This document shows, one piece after another, positions 44,639-55,134 of a DNA stretch of 64,000 bases. Where the stretch lies: the NCBI GenBank assembly GCA_018694295.1, contig JABHNK010000055.1:65232-129231 (forward strand), written 5' to 3'. The notes below the pieces were generated by a model that searched no databases, was not told the origin of the DNA, and saw only the letters and a list, made by a program, of their open reading frames with translations. How positions within the stretch are numbered: position 1 is the first letter of the stretch; every line of letters starts with the position of its first letter. Made by a program: the position numbers and the translations under genes. This DNA comes from Waddliaceae bacterium. GTDB lineage: Bacteria; Chlamydiota; Chlamydiia; Chlamydiales; JABHNK01.

Positions 44639-46383
44639 TACATACGTTCGACGGTAGTGACGCCTAGGATGTTTAGGCCTTGTCGCATTATTTGTGCAGT
44701 TGTTTCGCATAGGAGGAGTCGTTGATTTTGTTCTGCTGTCCCTTCTACTCTGCAATCCCTGAAGAAGGCGTTGAATTTCTCTGCTAGATTGTATAGGTAG
44801 TCGGTTAATCTGTTGGGAAGAAGGTCACGTGTTATTGATTCTAGTGCTTCGTTGAATCGGGCGATGTGGAGTCCGAGGGATATTTCCGAGGGGTGTTGCA
44901 GGTTTATTTTTTCTTTGATGGCCGTGATATCGACATTTATTTTTCTTTGTATTCCGTGTATACGCACGTACGAATACATAAGGTATGCTGCAGTATTGCC
45001 TTCGAATTTTAGCATCCTTTCGTAGCTGAAGGTGTAGTCGCCGGTGCGGTGGCATGACAGGTCGGCGTATTTCACGGAACCGATACCTAGTGCCTCGGCG
45101 ATGGTTGTGATATCTTCTTCGCTCATGGCGTCGTCACGTTCGTGAAGGATCTCTTTTGCGCGTTGTACTGCGTTTGTTAGGAGATCTATTAGTCGTTCTG
45201 TCTCTCCTGACCGTGTTTTGAATTTCTTTCCGTCGGGGCCAAGGACTAGTCCGAAAGGCACGTGATCTAGGCGTATCTTTTTTGTGTCGACATATTGTGC
45301 TTTTTCTGCTGCCTGGAAAATCATTTTGAAGTGTGTTGCTTGTCCGGCGTCTGTGACATATATTATTCTGTCGGCGTGTTCTTCTTCGACGCGTTGTCGT
45401 ATTGCTGCCATGTCGGTGGTATCGTAGTTATATCCGCCGTCGGATTTCTGTACCATCAGTGGCAGCGGATTACCCTCTCTGTTGACGAAGCCCTCGAGGA
45501 AGATACATTTTGCTCCGCCGGAGACTTCTACCAGTCCTTTATTTTCGAGGTCTGCAACGACATCGGCGAGCGTTGGGTTGTAGAACGACTCCCCTCTTTC
45601 GATAAGCTTCACGTCGAGGATGTCGTACACTTCCTGGTATGCGTTACGTGATATTTCGCAGATGATGCTCCATGCTTTTAGAGCGTTGCCATCACCGCTT
45701 TGCAGTGCTACGACTTCTTGTTGTGACTTCTTTTTAAAGGTTTCGTCTTCGTCGAAACGTTTTTTGCTGGCTTTATACCATGTGACGAGGTGTGTGAGGT
45801 CGGTGTCTTCGCTTCCGTCGAGGACGTGTGGCACTTCTTCTTTCATATATGCGATGAGCATGCCGAAAGCCGTGCCCCAGTCGCCGATATGGTTGAGGCG
45901 CAGGACGTCGTGTCCTAGGAACTCAAAAAGCCTTGCTAAGCAGTCTCCTATTATCGTCGAGCGGAGGTGTCCTACGTGCATTTCTTTCGCTGTATTTGGC
46001 GAGGAGAAGTCTATGACGATCTTCTGTGATTTTTCTGGTTCTTCTATGCCAAGGCGAGGATCTTCGTAGATATTTTGTACTAGCGTTGTTAGGTATGATG
46101 TTTTTATTGTGATATTGACAAACCCTGGCCCTGCGACGTCTAGTGATTCTATTATATCGCCCTTATCGACGTTTTCGCATATCGCCGCTGCTATATCGCG
46201 GGGGTTCTTCTTTAGTATTTTCGTCAGGCGCATAGCGCTGTTGCACTGGTAATGTCCACGATTTTCTTGTTTATTGGGTGTTATTTCTACGATAGTTTCA
46301 TCGAAATTGTCTTTAAGCTGAGGGAATGCCGCTATTATAGCGTCATTGAAAAATATTGCGATGGTGCTTACCATGGTTTTCAT
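44638..46383 (-). CDS. argS: Arginyl-tRNA synthetase
   Basis: 581 aa. Motifs SSPNTAKEMHVGHLRS (HIGH) and a KFKTRSG (KMSK-like) region, with an anticodon-binding C-terminus ending ..VERM. Confidence 0.92.
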   Translation of the reverse strand: MKTMVSTIAIFFNDAIIAAFPQLKDNFDETIVEITPNKQENRGHYQCNSAMRLTKILKKNPRDIAAAICENVDKGDIIESLDVAGPGFVNITIKTSYLTTLVQNIYEDPRLGIEEPEKSQKIVIDFSSPNTAKEMHVGHLRSTIIGDCLARLFEFLGHDVLRLNHIGDWGTAFGMLIAYMKEEVPHVLDGSEDTDLTHLVTWYKASKKRFDEDETFKKKSQQEVVALQSGDGNALKAWSIICEISRNAYQEVYDILDVKLIERGESFYNPTLADVVADLENKGLVEVSGGAKCIFLEGFVNREGNPLPLMVQKSDGGYNYDTTDMAAIRQRVEEEHADRIIYVTDAGQATHFKMIFQAAEKAQYVDTKKIRLDHVPFGLVLGPDGKKFKTRSGETERLIDLLTNAVQRAKEILHERDDAMSEEDITTIAEALGIGSVKYADLSCHRTGDYTFSYERMLKFEGNTAAYLMYSYVRIHGIQRKINVDITAIKEKINLQHPSEISLGLHIARFNEALESITRDLLPNRLTDYLYNLAEKFNAFFRDCRVEGTAEQNQRLLLCETTAQIMRQGLNILGVTTVERM

Positions 46384-46480
46384 AAAGATTCACCTTGAAA
46401 TTAATGTCTAGAGCATGTACATTAGCATAATTAAAGTTTAAAGTTCCAATCATTTATTATTACTACGAGGTTATACTACG

Positions 46481-47221
46481 ATGACAGAGTTTGTCATTAC
46501 TAAAACGCTAAAGAAAGATTTTATCGAGCACTTAAAGTCTCAGAAAAATCCAGATCTTCTCAGCAACTATTTTTTCTTCATTGGGGATATGCTCGACATT
46601 CATCCTGTCATCTTCCCTAAGGAGAAGAAGATATATCGCAGTGTCGACGCTGTCATCAAGTCTTTGGACGACGAGAACAAACTATGCCATGAGACTGAGA
46701 TCTTGATACATTATGGTCAAGAAGACGTCAATGACGAGACGACGACGATATATATATGCCCTTTTACTGGGAAGGTTTTCGGTGACAACACTAGTGTCAA
46801 CCCTCAAGATGCTATATACGACTGGGTGTCTAAGTGTCCTGAGAACAAAGAGCGTATTGGCGGGTTACGTGTCAAGAGGTTCCTTTTCTCTGACGATCCT
46901 GAGCTCATCAAGAGTTATATTTCCGACAATGTAAAGACGGTAAAAAAGACGGTATATTCTTCTGTTGTCAGTGGCAAGTTATTCCATAATAAGAAAGCTG
47001 TCATTGCCGATTTCAAGAAAAACTACCTCAAAGACATTTCTTTAGAAGATGTACAGAGTCAAAAGCGCTTCGACATTGAAGAGTCTTTCCTTGAGATCCT
47101 TCAGGAGTACGTTGACGAAGACGCCATCACTGAGTTTGTCGAGGCTCTCGCCGAGCATGATGAGTTCGTTCCTTACGTCACACAGTGGGCTGAGGTCGAC
47201 GAAGACGAAGAAGAGGAGTAA
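46481..47221 (+). CDS. Hypothetical protein with an acidic C-terminal tail
   Basis: 246 aa. No motif was recognised. It ends EVDEDEEEE. The coding-like ORF lies divergent from argS and 15 nt upstream of tsaE. Confidence 0.6.
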   Translation: MTEFVITKTLKKDFIEHLKSQKNPDLLSNYFFFIGDMLDIHPVIFPKEKKIYRSVDAVIKSLDDENKLCHETEILIHYGQEDVNDETTTIYICPFTGKVFGDNTSVNPQDAIYDWVSKCPENKERIGGLRVKRFLFSDDPELIKSYISDNVKTVKKTVYSSVVSGKLFHNKKAVIADFKKNYLKDISLEDVQSQKRFDIEESFLEILQEYVDEDAITEFVEALAEHDEFVPYVTQWAEVDEDEEEE

Positions 47222-47236
47222 GATCTTCTTAATACC

Positions 47237-47662
47237 ATGAAACGCTATACTACGACATCCCCTGAAGAAACCATCGCGTTGGGTCATTCCTTAGGGAATG
47301 CTCTCCCTGGTGGCAGTGTTGTATGTTTTTTCGGCGACCTTGCTGCTGGCAAGACGACGTTCATCAAAGGCCTTGCTTCTGGAGCTTTGGGATCTTCATA
47401 CGACGACGTCAACAGTCCAACTTTCGTATATCTCAATATCTATGGCGAAGAAAGGAAGATCTACCATTTCGATTTATATCGCCTTGATAATAGTGATGAT
47501 TTCCTTGCTAAAGGTTTCGACGAATATCTTCATTGCGGCGAAGACATCTGCTGTATAGAATGGTCTGAGAAGATAAAAGACCTTCTTCCTGAGGGTTATA
47601 TCTCCGTTACCATGGTCCATAGCGGCGATGGTGCGCGTACCATCACCATCGAGGGAACATAA
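47237..47662 (+). CDS. tsaE: tRNA threonylcarbamoyladenosine biosynthesis ATPase TsaE
   Basis: 141 aa. P-loop GDLAAGKTTFIKGL and motif YHFDLYRL. Confidence 0.88.
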   Translation: MKRYTTTSPEETIALGHSLGNALPGGSVVCFFGDLAAGKTTFIKGLASGALGSSYDDVNSPTFVYLNIYGEERKIYHFDLYRLDNSDDFLAKGFDEYLHCGEDICCIEWSEKIKDLLPEGYISVTMVHSGDGARTITIEGT

Positions 47663-47663
47663 T

Positions 47664-48302
47664 ATGGCGAAATATGCTTTCAAAAACATTTCTTTTGTGA
47701 CATCGGCTACGAAGCCCAGCGGGTATCCTACCTTCCGCGACTCTTCGGGCTACGAGCTTCCGGAGATTGCTATCGCTGGAAGGTCTAATGTCGGGAAGTC
47801 TACGTTATTAAACCATCTTTTCAGGAACAAGTATCTTGTGAAGACCTCTGCTACGCCTGGGAAGACACAGCTTCTGAATTTCTTCAATATCGACAGTACC
47901 TTTATTTGTTGTGACCTTCCTGGTTACGGCTATGCTCGTGTTCCTCATCGTGTCCGCAGCCACTGGGGCACTATGATCAAAGAATACCTCGAAGAACGCA
48001 AGTCTTTGAAGCTCATACTTTTTCTCATCGACATCCGCCGCATTCCCAATGACGACGACATCATGTTCCTCGAATGGGCTGCTCGTGCTGAGAAGTCTGT
48101 AATCATCGTCATCACCAAGGTCGACAAAGTCAAGAGCAACGAGAAATCCCGCAATACCCAGAAAATTCTTGGGGCTTTCGATGCTGAGAACTTGCATTAT
48201 GTCCATTATTCTGCTACTAAGAACATAGGATACAACCAACTTGTCGCCATGATCAACGAAGCGCTAAATGAAGAAATAGAGTCAGTGAACAGTGATCAAT
48301 AA
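47664..48302 (+). CDS. engB: Ribosome biogenesis GTPase EngB/YihA
   Basis: G1 motif AGRSNVGKSTLLN, G3 motif DLPGYGYA, G4 motif TKVDK. The start was set at ATG 47664, just after the tsaE stop; the track ORF begins at 47628. Confidence 0.88.
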   Translation: MAKYAFKNISFVTSATKPSGYPTFRDSSGYELPEIAIAGRSNVGKSTLLNHLFRNKYLVKTSATPGKTQLLNFFNIDSTFICCDLPGYGYARVPHRVRSHWGTMIKEYLEERKSLKLILFLIDIRRIPNDDDIMFLEWAARAEKSVIIVITKVDKVKSNEKSRNTQKILGAFDAENLHYVHYSATKNIGYNQLVAMINEALNEEIESVNSDQ

Positions 48303-48316
48303 AAAAAGGTAAAATA

Positions 48317-49066
48317 ATGGGATTGTTACAAGAAGACACTTTCGTATGTTTCGACTGCGAGTCTACGGGCCTTGACACTGAAAACGACCATATCGTTGAG
48401 TTTGCTGCCATACGTTTCACCTTCGAGGGCATTATCGACAGTGTCGAATATCTTATCGATCCTCGTGTTCCTATCCCAGAAGAAGTCATTGCCATCCACA
48501 ACATCACCGATGCTATGGTTGCTGGAAAGCCTACCATCGACAAGGTCCTTACTGAGATGTTATCGTTTATCGGCGACAGCATCGTCGTCGGCCATGGCAT
48601 CGAATATGACATCGCAATGGTCTCCAATGCTGCGAAACGCCATGGTATATCCTGCTCTCTCAAGAAAAATAAATCTCTCGACACTTTACGTCTCGCACGT
48701 CTATATGGAAAAAGCCCTGTGAATTCTTTAGAGTTTCTTCGCAAGCATTTTTCTATTGAAGAAAGAGGCGCTCACCGTGCTATGAATGATGTGGTCGTCA
48801 ACATTGAAGTTTTTAAAAAGCTCGTCGAGAGCTATAATACTACTGAAGATATCCTCGATGCTTTATCTAGGCCCATTGCGATGAAGACGATGCCTTTGGG
48901 GAAATACAAAGGCCGCGAATTTCGCGACATCCCCGAGAAATATCTATTGTGGGCCAAGCATCAAAATTTCGACGAAGACCTTCTTTATTCTATACGTCGC
49001 GAGCTTAAAAAGCGTAAAAACGTCAATTCTTTTGAGAAGTCTTCTAATCCATTTTCATCGTTATAG
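48317..49066 (+). CDS. DnaQ-family 3'-5' exonuclease with a C-terminal DUF3820-like domain
   Basis: Exo motifs FDCESTGL, GHGIEYDIAM, HRAMNDV. The C-terminal region is MPLGKYKGREFRDIPEKYLLWA. Confidence 0.8.
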   Translation: MGLLQEDTFVCFDCESTGLDTENDHIVEFAAIRFTFEGIIDSVEYLIDPRVPIPEEVIAIHNITDAMVAGKPTIDKVLTEMLSFIGDSIVVGHGIEYDIAMVSNAAKRHGISCSLKKNKSLDTLRLARLYGKSPVNSLEFLRKHFSIEERGAHRAMNDVVVNIEVFKKLVESYNTTEDILDALSRPIAMKTMPLGKYKGREFRDIPEKYLLWAKHQNFDEDLLYSIRRELKKRKNVNSFEKSSNPFSSL

Positions 49067-49144
49067 CAAATGTTTAGTCGTTTATCATTGATCATTTATT
49101 CATTATCCCTGATTGTTTGTTTTGGAGAATTAAGTGGTGGTGTT

Positions 49145-50353
49145 ATGAAAAAAAATCATTCTTTACAAGATCTTATTGGTGAGCTTTCGGGGAAGAAGGT
49201 CCTTATCCGTGTAGACTTCAATGTCCCTCTCGACGACGATGGTGTCATTGTCGACGACACTAGGATCGTTGCGGCGTTGCCGACGATACGTGCCGTCCTT
49301 GATAATGGCGGTGCTGCTATCATCATGAGTCACCTCGGAAGACCTAAGGGTGTCCGCGATGAAGCTTTTTCTCTTAAGCCTTGTGTCGACAGTCTATCGA
49401 CATTGCTTGGCATTCCTGTATTATTTGCTTCCGACTGTATTGGTGAAGATGTTTCTGCGATGAAGAAGTCTTTGAAGCCTGGAGAGGTGCTAGTATTGGA
49501 GAATCTTCGTTTCCATGCTGCCGAGACAAAGCCCGAAGAAGACTCTTCTTTCAGTGAATCTCTCGCCGACGGTGCTGATATTTATGTCAACGATGCTTTC
49601 GGTACGGCACACCGCAAACATTCTTCGACGTTTTATATTGCTAAGCATTTCCCCGGCAATGCCGTAAGCGGATTTCTTATGGACAAAGAGATCGCCTTCC
49701 TTGGCGACGCTCTTGCTGACCCCAAGCGTCCATTCTATGCCGTTATCGGTGGCGCCAAGGTGTCGTCAAAACTCGGAGTCTTACGTTCTCTTATAGAAAA
49801 CGTCGATGGCATCATAATCGGTGGTGGCATGTCATATACTTTCTTAAAAGCGCAAGGCATCGCTATCGGAGACTCTATTTGTGAAGAAGATCTCCTCCAG
49901 GAAGCTCTCGATATCATCGCTTCGTGCCGTGAGAAAGGCGTAAAATTAATACTGCCCGATGATATTGTCGTTGCCGACAGCTTCGATGAAAATGCTATGA
50001 CACAGATTATCGCCACTAAAGACGGCATCCCCGACGGATATCAGGGTATGGACATAGGTCCTAAAACAATAGAAACATTCTCTGAGATGCTTTCGTCAGC
50101 AAAGACGATATTATGGAACGGTCCTTTAGGAGTCTATGAGATGAAGCCTTTTGCAAAAGGAACGGAAGCTATAGCATATACCCTAGCAGAATCGGAAGCA
50201 ACGACGATAGTAGGAGGTGGCGACTGTGTCGCTGCCGTCAAAACTGCTGGTGTCGCCGAGAAGATATCGCATATATCGACTGGTGGCGGTGCTGCTTTGG
50301 AATATATCGAAAAAAGAACTCTCCCCTGCGTCGAGGCTCTCGTAAACCCATGA
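49145..50353 (+). CDS. pgk: Phosphoglycerate kinase
   Basis: Motifs VLIRVDFNVPL, FGTAHRKHSS, STGGGAALEY. The start was set at ATG 49145 (MKKNHSLQDL); the 25-aa upstream extension in the track ORF is not Pgk-like. Confidence 0.9.
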   Translation: MKKNHSLQDLIGELSGKKVLIRVDFNVPLDDDGVIVDDTRIVAALPTIRAVLDNGGAAIIMSHLGRPKGVRDEAFSLKPCVDSLSTLLGIPVLFASDCIGEDVSAMKKSLKPGEVLVLENLRFHAAETKPEEDSSFSESLADGADIYVNDAFGTAHRKHSSTFYIAKHFPGNAVSGFLMDKEIAFLGDALADPKRPFYAVIGGAKVSSKLGVLRSLIENVDGIIIGGGMSYTFLKAQGIAIGDSICEEDLLQEALDIIASCREKGVKLILPDDIVVADSFDENAMTQIIATKDGIPDGYQGMDIGPKTIETFSEMLSSAKTILWNGPLGVYEMKPFAKGTEAIAYTLAESEATTIVGGGDCVAAVKTAGVAEKISHISTGGGAALEYIEKRTLPCVEALVNP

Positions 50354-50510
50354 TAATAAATATTTTAAGCACTCCGGGCATTTCCTTTTTATTAACAAGG
50401 AGAGATATTTATCTTGCAAACGAATAAAAAAAACGTTATATTAAGAGCCTTCTTTTTATGTTTTAACATAATGGTGATGAAAGCAAAAAAAATACAGTTT
50501 TCAGATCGAT

Positions 50511-50538
50511 ACGCTCGTTTCCGGGCGTTGTTTTTTTT
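50511..50538 (+). terminator. Rho-independent terminator or attenuator between pgk and the nucleotide transporter gene
   Basis: 7-bp stem acgctcg-tttc-cgggcgt (one G-U pair) is followed by tg + T8. It ends about 40 nt upstream of the ATG at 50578. Confidence 0.5.
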
Positions 50539-50577
50539 AAACAATAGCTGCTATACCAATATTATCGGTATATAAAC

Positions 50578-52170
50578 ATGTCACAACCTACGAGTAAGAG
50601 CACAGGGTTCGGCAAGCTCCGTTCGTTTTTTTGGCCCGTACGTCGTTACGAGCTTAAGAAGCTTCTTCCTATGCTCATTCTTTTCTTTTTGATATCTTTC
50701 GCTTATAACATTCTGAGGGGCGTCAAAGACACTCTCATCGTCACGGCCGAGGGTTCTGGTGCCGAAGCGATACCATTCATTAAGATGTATGCGATGTTCC
50801 CTGCTGCTATATTTCTTACTGCTCTTTTCACGCGTCTTTCTACGCATTTCAGTAGGGAGAACGTTTTTTATATCATGATATCGGTATTCATGATTTTCTT
50901 CTTATTCTTCGGCACTGTGTTATATCCTAATCGTGAGCTATTACATTTACATAGTTTTGCGGCATTCTGCACTGCCAATCTCCCTGAGGGTTTCATGGGT
51001 TTTATTGCCATGATACGGTACTGGATCTTCACATCTTTCTATGTGATGGCGGAGCTGTGGGGGGCTTTACTTCTTTCTTTACTTTTCTGGGGTTTCGCCA
51101 ATGACATCACCAAGATCTGTGAAGCCAAGAGATTCTATGGTCTTTTCGCCATAGGAGCGAATGTTGCGAGCATAGTTTCCGGTCAAGTTTCGATATTTTT
51201 ATCACGGAGATCCTTCAATCCAAGGCTTCATTTCGGCAGTGAAAGCTGGGAGCAATCGCTTATGCTTCTTATTTTTGTTGTCGTCATCATCTGCCTTTTG
51301 CTTATGGTAGTATTCCGTTGGATGCACTGTCACGTTCTCACTGACCCTAAACTTTGCAATGTAAAGGCCGTTACTGAGACTGCTTCTAAGAAGACGAAGA
51401 TGTCGTTACGGAAAAATATTGCGTATATCCTTTCTTCAAAATATCTTTTAGGCGTTGCTGTTATCGTCGTCACCTATAATGTCGTCATAAACCTCGTAGA
51501 GGTCGTCTGGAAACACCAGATCAAGCTATTATACCCTTTACCTGCCGACTACAATGTTTATATGAACCAGATAACGACAATGACAGGCATTGTCGCCACT
51601 CTTATCGCCCTTCTTATCTCCGGAAATGCTATAAGAAAATGTGGCTGGACGTTTACTGCACTAATAACTCCAATAATTTTACTTGTCACGAGCGTAGTGT
51701 TCTTCGGAACTCTTCTTTTCAGCGGACATTTCAGCGACGTCTTAATATCTTTTACTGGGATGACGCCTCTTTACCTTGTCGCCTTCGTAGGATCCGCTCA
51801 AAACATTTTAAGCCGCGCCTCGAAATATACTGTCTTCGATGCCACTAAAGAAATAACTTACATCCCCCTCGATAGAGACGCTAGGATAAAAAGCAAGTCT
51901 GCCATCGACGGTGTGGGCTCTCGCATGGGGAAATCCGGCGGTGCTATAATTCACCAAGTTCTTCTTATGATCTTCGGTTCTTTGGCGGTAACAGCGCCTT
52001 ATGTCGCAGTAATTCTGATTGTAATAATCGTTGGGTGGATCATCGCCACAAAAAGGATCGGAAAGAAAGTCGACAAAGTCGTCAATGATCACGAGTTTGC
52101 TATCTTCAACAAAAACGGTGTCATTTCTGGTGAGCGTGTCGACATTTCAGCGCCTAAAAATAGCGGATAG
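50578..52170 (+). CDS. NTT/TLC-family nucleotide (ATP/ADP) translocase
   Basis: 530 aa with about 12 TM segments. The N-terminus (FGKLRSFFWPVRRYELKKLLPMLILFFLISFAYNILRGVKDTLIV) is typical of chlamydial and rickettsial Npt/Tlc transporters. Confidence 0.88.
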   Translation: MSQPTSKSTGFGKLRSFFWPVRRYELKKLLPMLILFFLISFAYNILRGVKDTLIVTAEGSGAEAIPFIKMYAMFPAAIFLTALFTRLSTHFSRENVFYIMISVFMIFFLFFGTVLYPNRELLHLHSFAAFCTANLPEGFMGFIAMIRYWIFTSFYVMAELWGALLLSLLFWGFANDITKICEAKRFYGLFAIGANVASIVSGQVSIFLSRRSFNPRLHFGSESWEQSLMLLIFVVVIICLLLMVVFRWMHCHVLTDPKLCNVKAVTETASKKTKMSLRKNIAYILSSKYLLGVAVIVVTYNVVINLVEVVWKHQIKLLYPLPADYNVYMNQITTMTGIVATLIALLISGNAIRKCGWTFTALITPIILLVTSVVFFGTLLFSGHFSDVLISFTGMTPLYLVAFVGSAQNILSRASKYTVFDATKEITYIPLDRDARIKSKSAIDGVGSRMGKSGGAIIHQVLLMIFGSLAVTAPYVAVILIVIIVGWIIATKRIGKKVDKVVNDHEFAIFNKNGVISGERVDISAPKNSG

Positions 52171-52270
52171 TTCTAGCGTATGGCTGATAGGAAAAGAACA
52201 GGATTTTTCTTTCATTTTAAGGCTCTGTACGTTATAATTCTTTTTTTATACCACAAAAATAAAGGAACCT

Positions 52271-53608
52271 ATGTCTTCACGTCTTCCTAAAGTTGCTATT
52301 GTCGGGCGTCCCAATGTTGGGAAGTCTGCGTTATTTAACAGGATCTGCAAAAAACGTATTGCCATCGTCGACGAATCTGAGGGTGTCACTCGTGACAGGC
52401 TTTATGCCGAAGCTGAGTGTTTTGGTGTAGACTTTGAAGTCATCGATACTGGTGGTATTGCTCTAAACTCCCCTCTTCCTTTCAACGAAGAGGTCAAGCA
52501 GCAAGCTTCTATTGCCATCGAAGAGGCTGATAGCATAATTTTTGTTGTAGACGGAACTGTAGGAACTATAACTCTCGACGTCGACGTCGCGAATATTTTG
52601 AAGCGTTCCGGCAAGCCTCTTATTCTCGCCGTCAACAAGGTCGACACTCTCGACCAGGAACGTCTAATCCACGATTTTCATGGCCTTGGAATTTCTAATA
52701 TCGTTGGTGTTTCAGCACTTCATGGCATAAACGTCGCAGAAATGCTCGAAGGTGCTCTTAGTCCGTTATCGTCCTCTAACGAGGGCCATTACGACAGTGG
52801 TGCTACTAAAGTCGCCATCATTGGAAGGCCTAATGTTGGGAAGTCTACGCTTATCAACACCCTTGTTGATGAAAGGCGATGTGTCGTCAGTCCTATTGCT
52901 GGCACTACGCGTGACAGCATCGACATCGAATTTTCTTATAAAGACAGCGACTATGTTTTCATCGACACTGCGGGGATACGTCGCAAGACTTCTGAGCATG
53001 AAGTTGTCGACAAGTTTGCCAGCATCCGCACTGAGCGTGCTGTCGAGCGCGCCGACATCTGTGCTCTTATGATCGACGCCCAGCAGGGAATGACTACTCA
53101 AGAGAAAAAGATCGCCCGTATGATCGAAGAGAAAGGGAAGGGATGCATACTTTTGTTTAACAAGTGGGACCTTGTCAAGGGTTTTAGGATGGAACACTGT
53201 CTTGGTAGCATCCGCGAGGAGATACCTTTCCTCAAACACTGTCCTGCTATTTTCATTTCTGCTTTGGACGGAAGGAACCTCGATAAGCTTTTCGATGAGA
53301 TCCATATTGTCAAGACCGCTTCCGAGACACGCATCAGCACTCCCCAGCTCAACGATATTGTCTCTGCTGCTATGGCGCGTGTGGCGCCTCCTATGATACA
53401 AGGCAAGAGGTTAAAGATATACTATTTGACACAGACGACGTCGACACCGCCGACGTTTATTATCTTCGTCAACAAGCCCAAGCTCATGGGAACATCATAT
53501 AAGAGATATATCTACAATCAGCTACGTAAGACACATCCTTTCACTGGGATGCCTGTAAACTTCATATTACGTGGAAAACAGCAAAAAACAATGATCAATT
53601 CTCAATGA
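52271..53608 (+). CDS. der: Ribosome-associated GTPase Der/EngA
   Basis: Two tandem G domains (GRPNVGKSALFN, GRPNVGKSTLIN) plus a KH-like C-terminus. The stop TGA at 53606..53608 lies inside the heptamer array. Confidence 0.92.
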   Translation: MSSRLPKVAIVGRPNVGKSALFNRICKKRIAIVDESEGVTRDRLYAEAECFGVDFEVIDTGGIALNSPLPFNEEVKQQASIAIEEADSIIFVVDGTVGTITLDVDVANILKRSGKPLILAVNKVDTLDQERLIHDFHGLGISNIVGVSALHGINVAEMLEGALSPLSSSNEGHYDSGATKVAIIGRPNVGKSTLINTLVDERRCVVSPIAGTTRDSIDIEFSYKDSDYVFIDTAGIRRKTSEHEVVDKFASIRTERAVERADICALMIDAQQGMTTQEKKIARMIEEKGKGCILLFNKWDLVKGFRMEHCLGSIREEIPFLKHCPAIFISALDGRNLDKLFDEIHIVKTASETRISTPQLNDIVSAAMARVAPPMIQGKRLKIYYLTQTTSTPPTFIIFVNKPKLMGTSYKRYIYNQLRKTHPFTGMPVNFILRGKQQKTMINSQ

Positions 53609-53865
53609 TCAATGATCAATGATCAATGATTAGTGAGGCGAGAGCTTCTTACAATGCTGAATAGCTGATGTTACGCGCTACCGATTTTTTACCACAAAGT
53701 TTCCCAGGATGCTTTGCCGCTCCTGCAATAAAAAGTAACAAGCCCCATTTTTACCACAGAGAGAGAAGAGAGGAATCACAGAGTTTCACAGAGAGGGGGC
53801 ACTGCCGTGTCCGTGTGATAGGAATAGCGTATAGCGAATAGAATAACTGATCACTGGTCACTGAA
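53590..53865. repeat. Mosaic intergenic repeat block (heptamer arrays plus a degenerate MITE-like copy)
   Basis: Contains aatgatc/aattctc/aatgatc x3/aatgatt at 53590..53631, ttttaccacaaag and tttttaccacagagagag..cacagag words, ggcactgccgtgtccgtgtgataggaatagcgtatagcg (compare 15416..15460), and tgatcac/tggtcac/tga at 53848..53864. Confidence 0.75.
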
Positions 53866-53884
53866 ATGCGGCGTAGCCGCATTT
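53864..53884. terminator. 9-bp hairpin abutting the clpX stop (possible terminator)
   Basis: aaatgcggc-gta-gccgcattt. There is no clear U-tract on the minus strand; a short T run follows on plus. Confidence 0.35.
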
Positions 53885-55119
53885 TACGCTGTTTTTTTCT
53901 TAGATCTTTTGATGGATGGTTTTTTGTTTGACGTTACGACTTTCTCGTCTACGACGATCTCGATAATATCTTCTTCTGAAGGGACTTCAAACATAAGGTC
54001 CAGCATTATCTTCTCTATTATCATCCTGAGGGCTCGTGCTCCTGTGCCCATTTTCGAGGCTTTATTCGCTATTTTTTTCAGGGCATTAGCGGTGAAGTGA
54101 AGCTTTACGCCTTCCATATCGAGCATATGTATGAACTGTTTTACTACGGCGTTCTTCGGGCCAGTAAGTATTTCCACAAGGTCTTCGTCTGTAAGTTCGA
54201 AGCAGCTGGCGATGCTGTTGAACCTTCCTATAAACTCTGGTATCATCCCAAAAGAGATGAAGTCTTCGGGCTCGACATGCGCGATAAGTTCGCTGACCTT
54301 CGTATGGTCGATTTCTTTTTTATCATCTTTTTTAAAGCCTATCGTGCTTTTTCCAAGGCGTTTTGCTATAACTTTGTCGAGGTTGACGAAAGCTCCACCG
54401 ACAATGAAGAGGATATTCTCGGTATTTACCTTGATATATTCCTGATTAGGATGCTTACGTCCTCCTTTTGGAGGGACATTGGCGACAGTGCCTTCTATTA
54501 TTTTTAGAAGTGCTTGTTGTACGCCTTCGCCGGAGACATCGCGTGTTATAGAGACGTTAGACGTCGTTCTTCCTATTTTATCGATCTCGTCGATATATAT
54601 TATACCCTGTTCAGCTTTAGCGATGTCGTAGTCGGCAGCTTGTACTAGACGTAAGATGATATTTTCTACATCTTCACCGACATACCCTGCTTCTGTAAGC
54701 GTCGTAGCGTCTGTTATCGTAAAAGGGACGTCGAGAATTCTCGCTAGAGTTTTAGCGATAAGGGTTTTTCCTGACCCCGTAGGGCCTATAAGCATGACAT
54801 TGGACTTGCACAGCTCAATATCGGCGGTCTTCATAGAACGTATGCGTTTGTAATGGTTATACACCGCAACGGATATGGCTTTCTTGGCGTTTTCTTGTCC
54901 TATGATATACTCATCGAGCCGTTTTTTTATTTCTCGAGGCTTCTGGATGTTGAACTCAAAATGTTCTGTCTTCTTCTCTATTATTCCCATACACAATCTG
55001 ATACATTTATCACATATATATACGTCGGGGCCGGAGATTAACTTGTCGACAGCATCTTCTGTGCGGCCACAGAACGAGCATCCAGCGGTGTCTTTAGGAG
55101 AAAACGTTTTTTTTGCCAT
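53884..55119 (-). CDS. clpX: ATP-dependent Clp protease ATP-binding subunit ClpX
   Basis: Zinc finger CSFCG..CDKC, Walker A GPTGSGKT, Walker [10 protein letters not shown]. Confidence 0.95.
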   Translation of the reverse strand: MAKKTFSPKDTAGCSFCGRTEDAVDKLISGPDVYICDKCIRLCMGIIEKKTEHFEFNIQKPREIKKRLDEYIIGQENAKKAISVAVYNHYKRIRSMKTADIELCKSNVMLIGPTGSGKTLIAKTLARILDVPFTITDATTLTEAGYVGEDVENIILRLVQAADYDIAKAEQGIIYIDEIDKIGRTTSNVSITRDVSGEGVQQALLKIIEGTVANVPPKGGRKHPNQEYIKVNTENILFIVGGAFVNLDKVIAKRLGKSTIGFKKDDKKEIDHTKVSELIAHVEPEDFISFGMIPEFIGRFNSIASCFELTDEDLVEILTGPKNAVVKQFIHMLDMEGVKLHFTANALKKIANKASKMGTGARALRMIIEKIMLDLMFEVPSEEDIIEIVVDEKVVTSNKKPSIKRSKKKTA

Positions 55120-55134
55120 GGGATATTTTATAAG

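Noticed and set aside
44552-44755. 67-aa ORF spanning the argS 3' end and the hairpin cluster
   Set aside because: It overlaps argS and the palindromic hairpins. Its composition is basic and low-complexity, and it has no RBS.
49070-49144. Signal-peptide-like extension at the pgk N-terminus (MFSRLSLIIYSLSLIVCFGELSGGV)
   Set aside because: Pgk is cytoplasmic and the conserved N-terminus begins at the ATG at 49145. The hydrophobic stretch comes from T-rich intergenic sequence.
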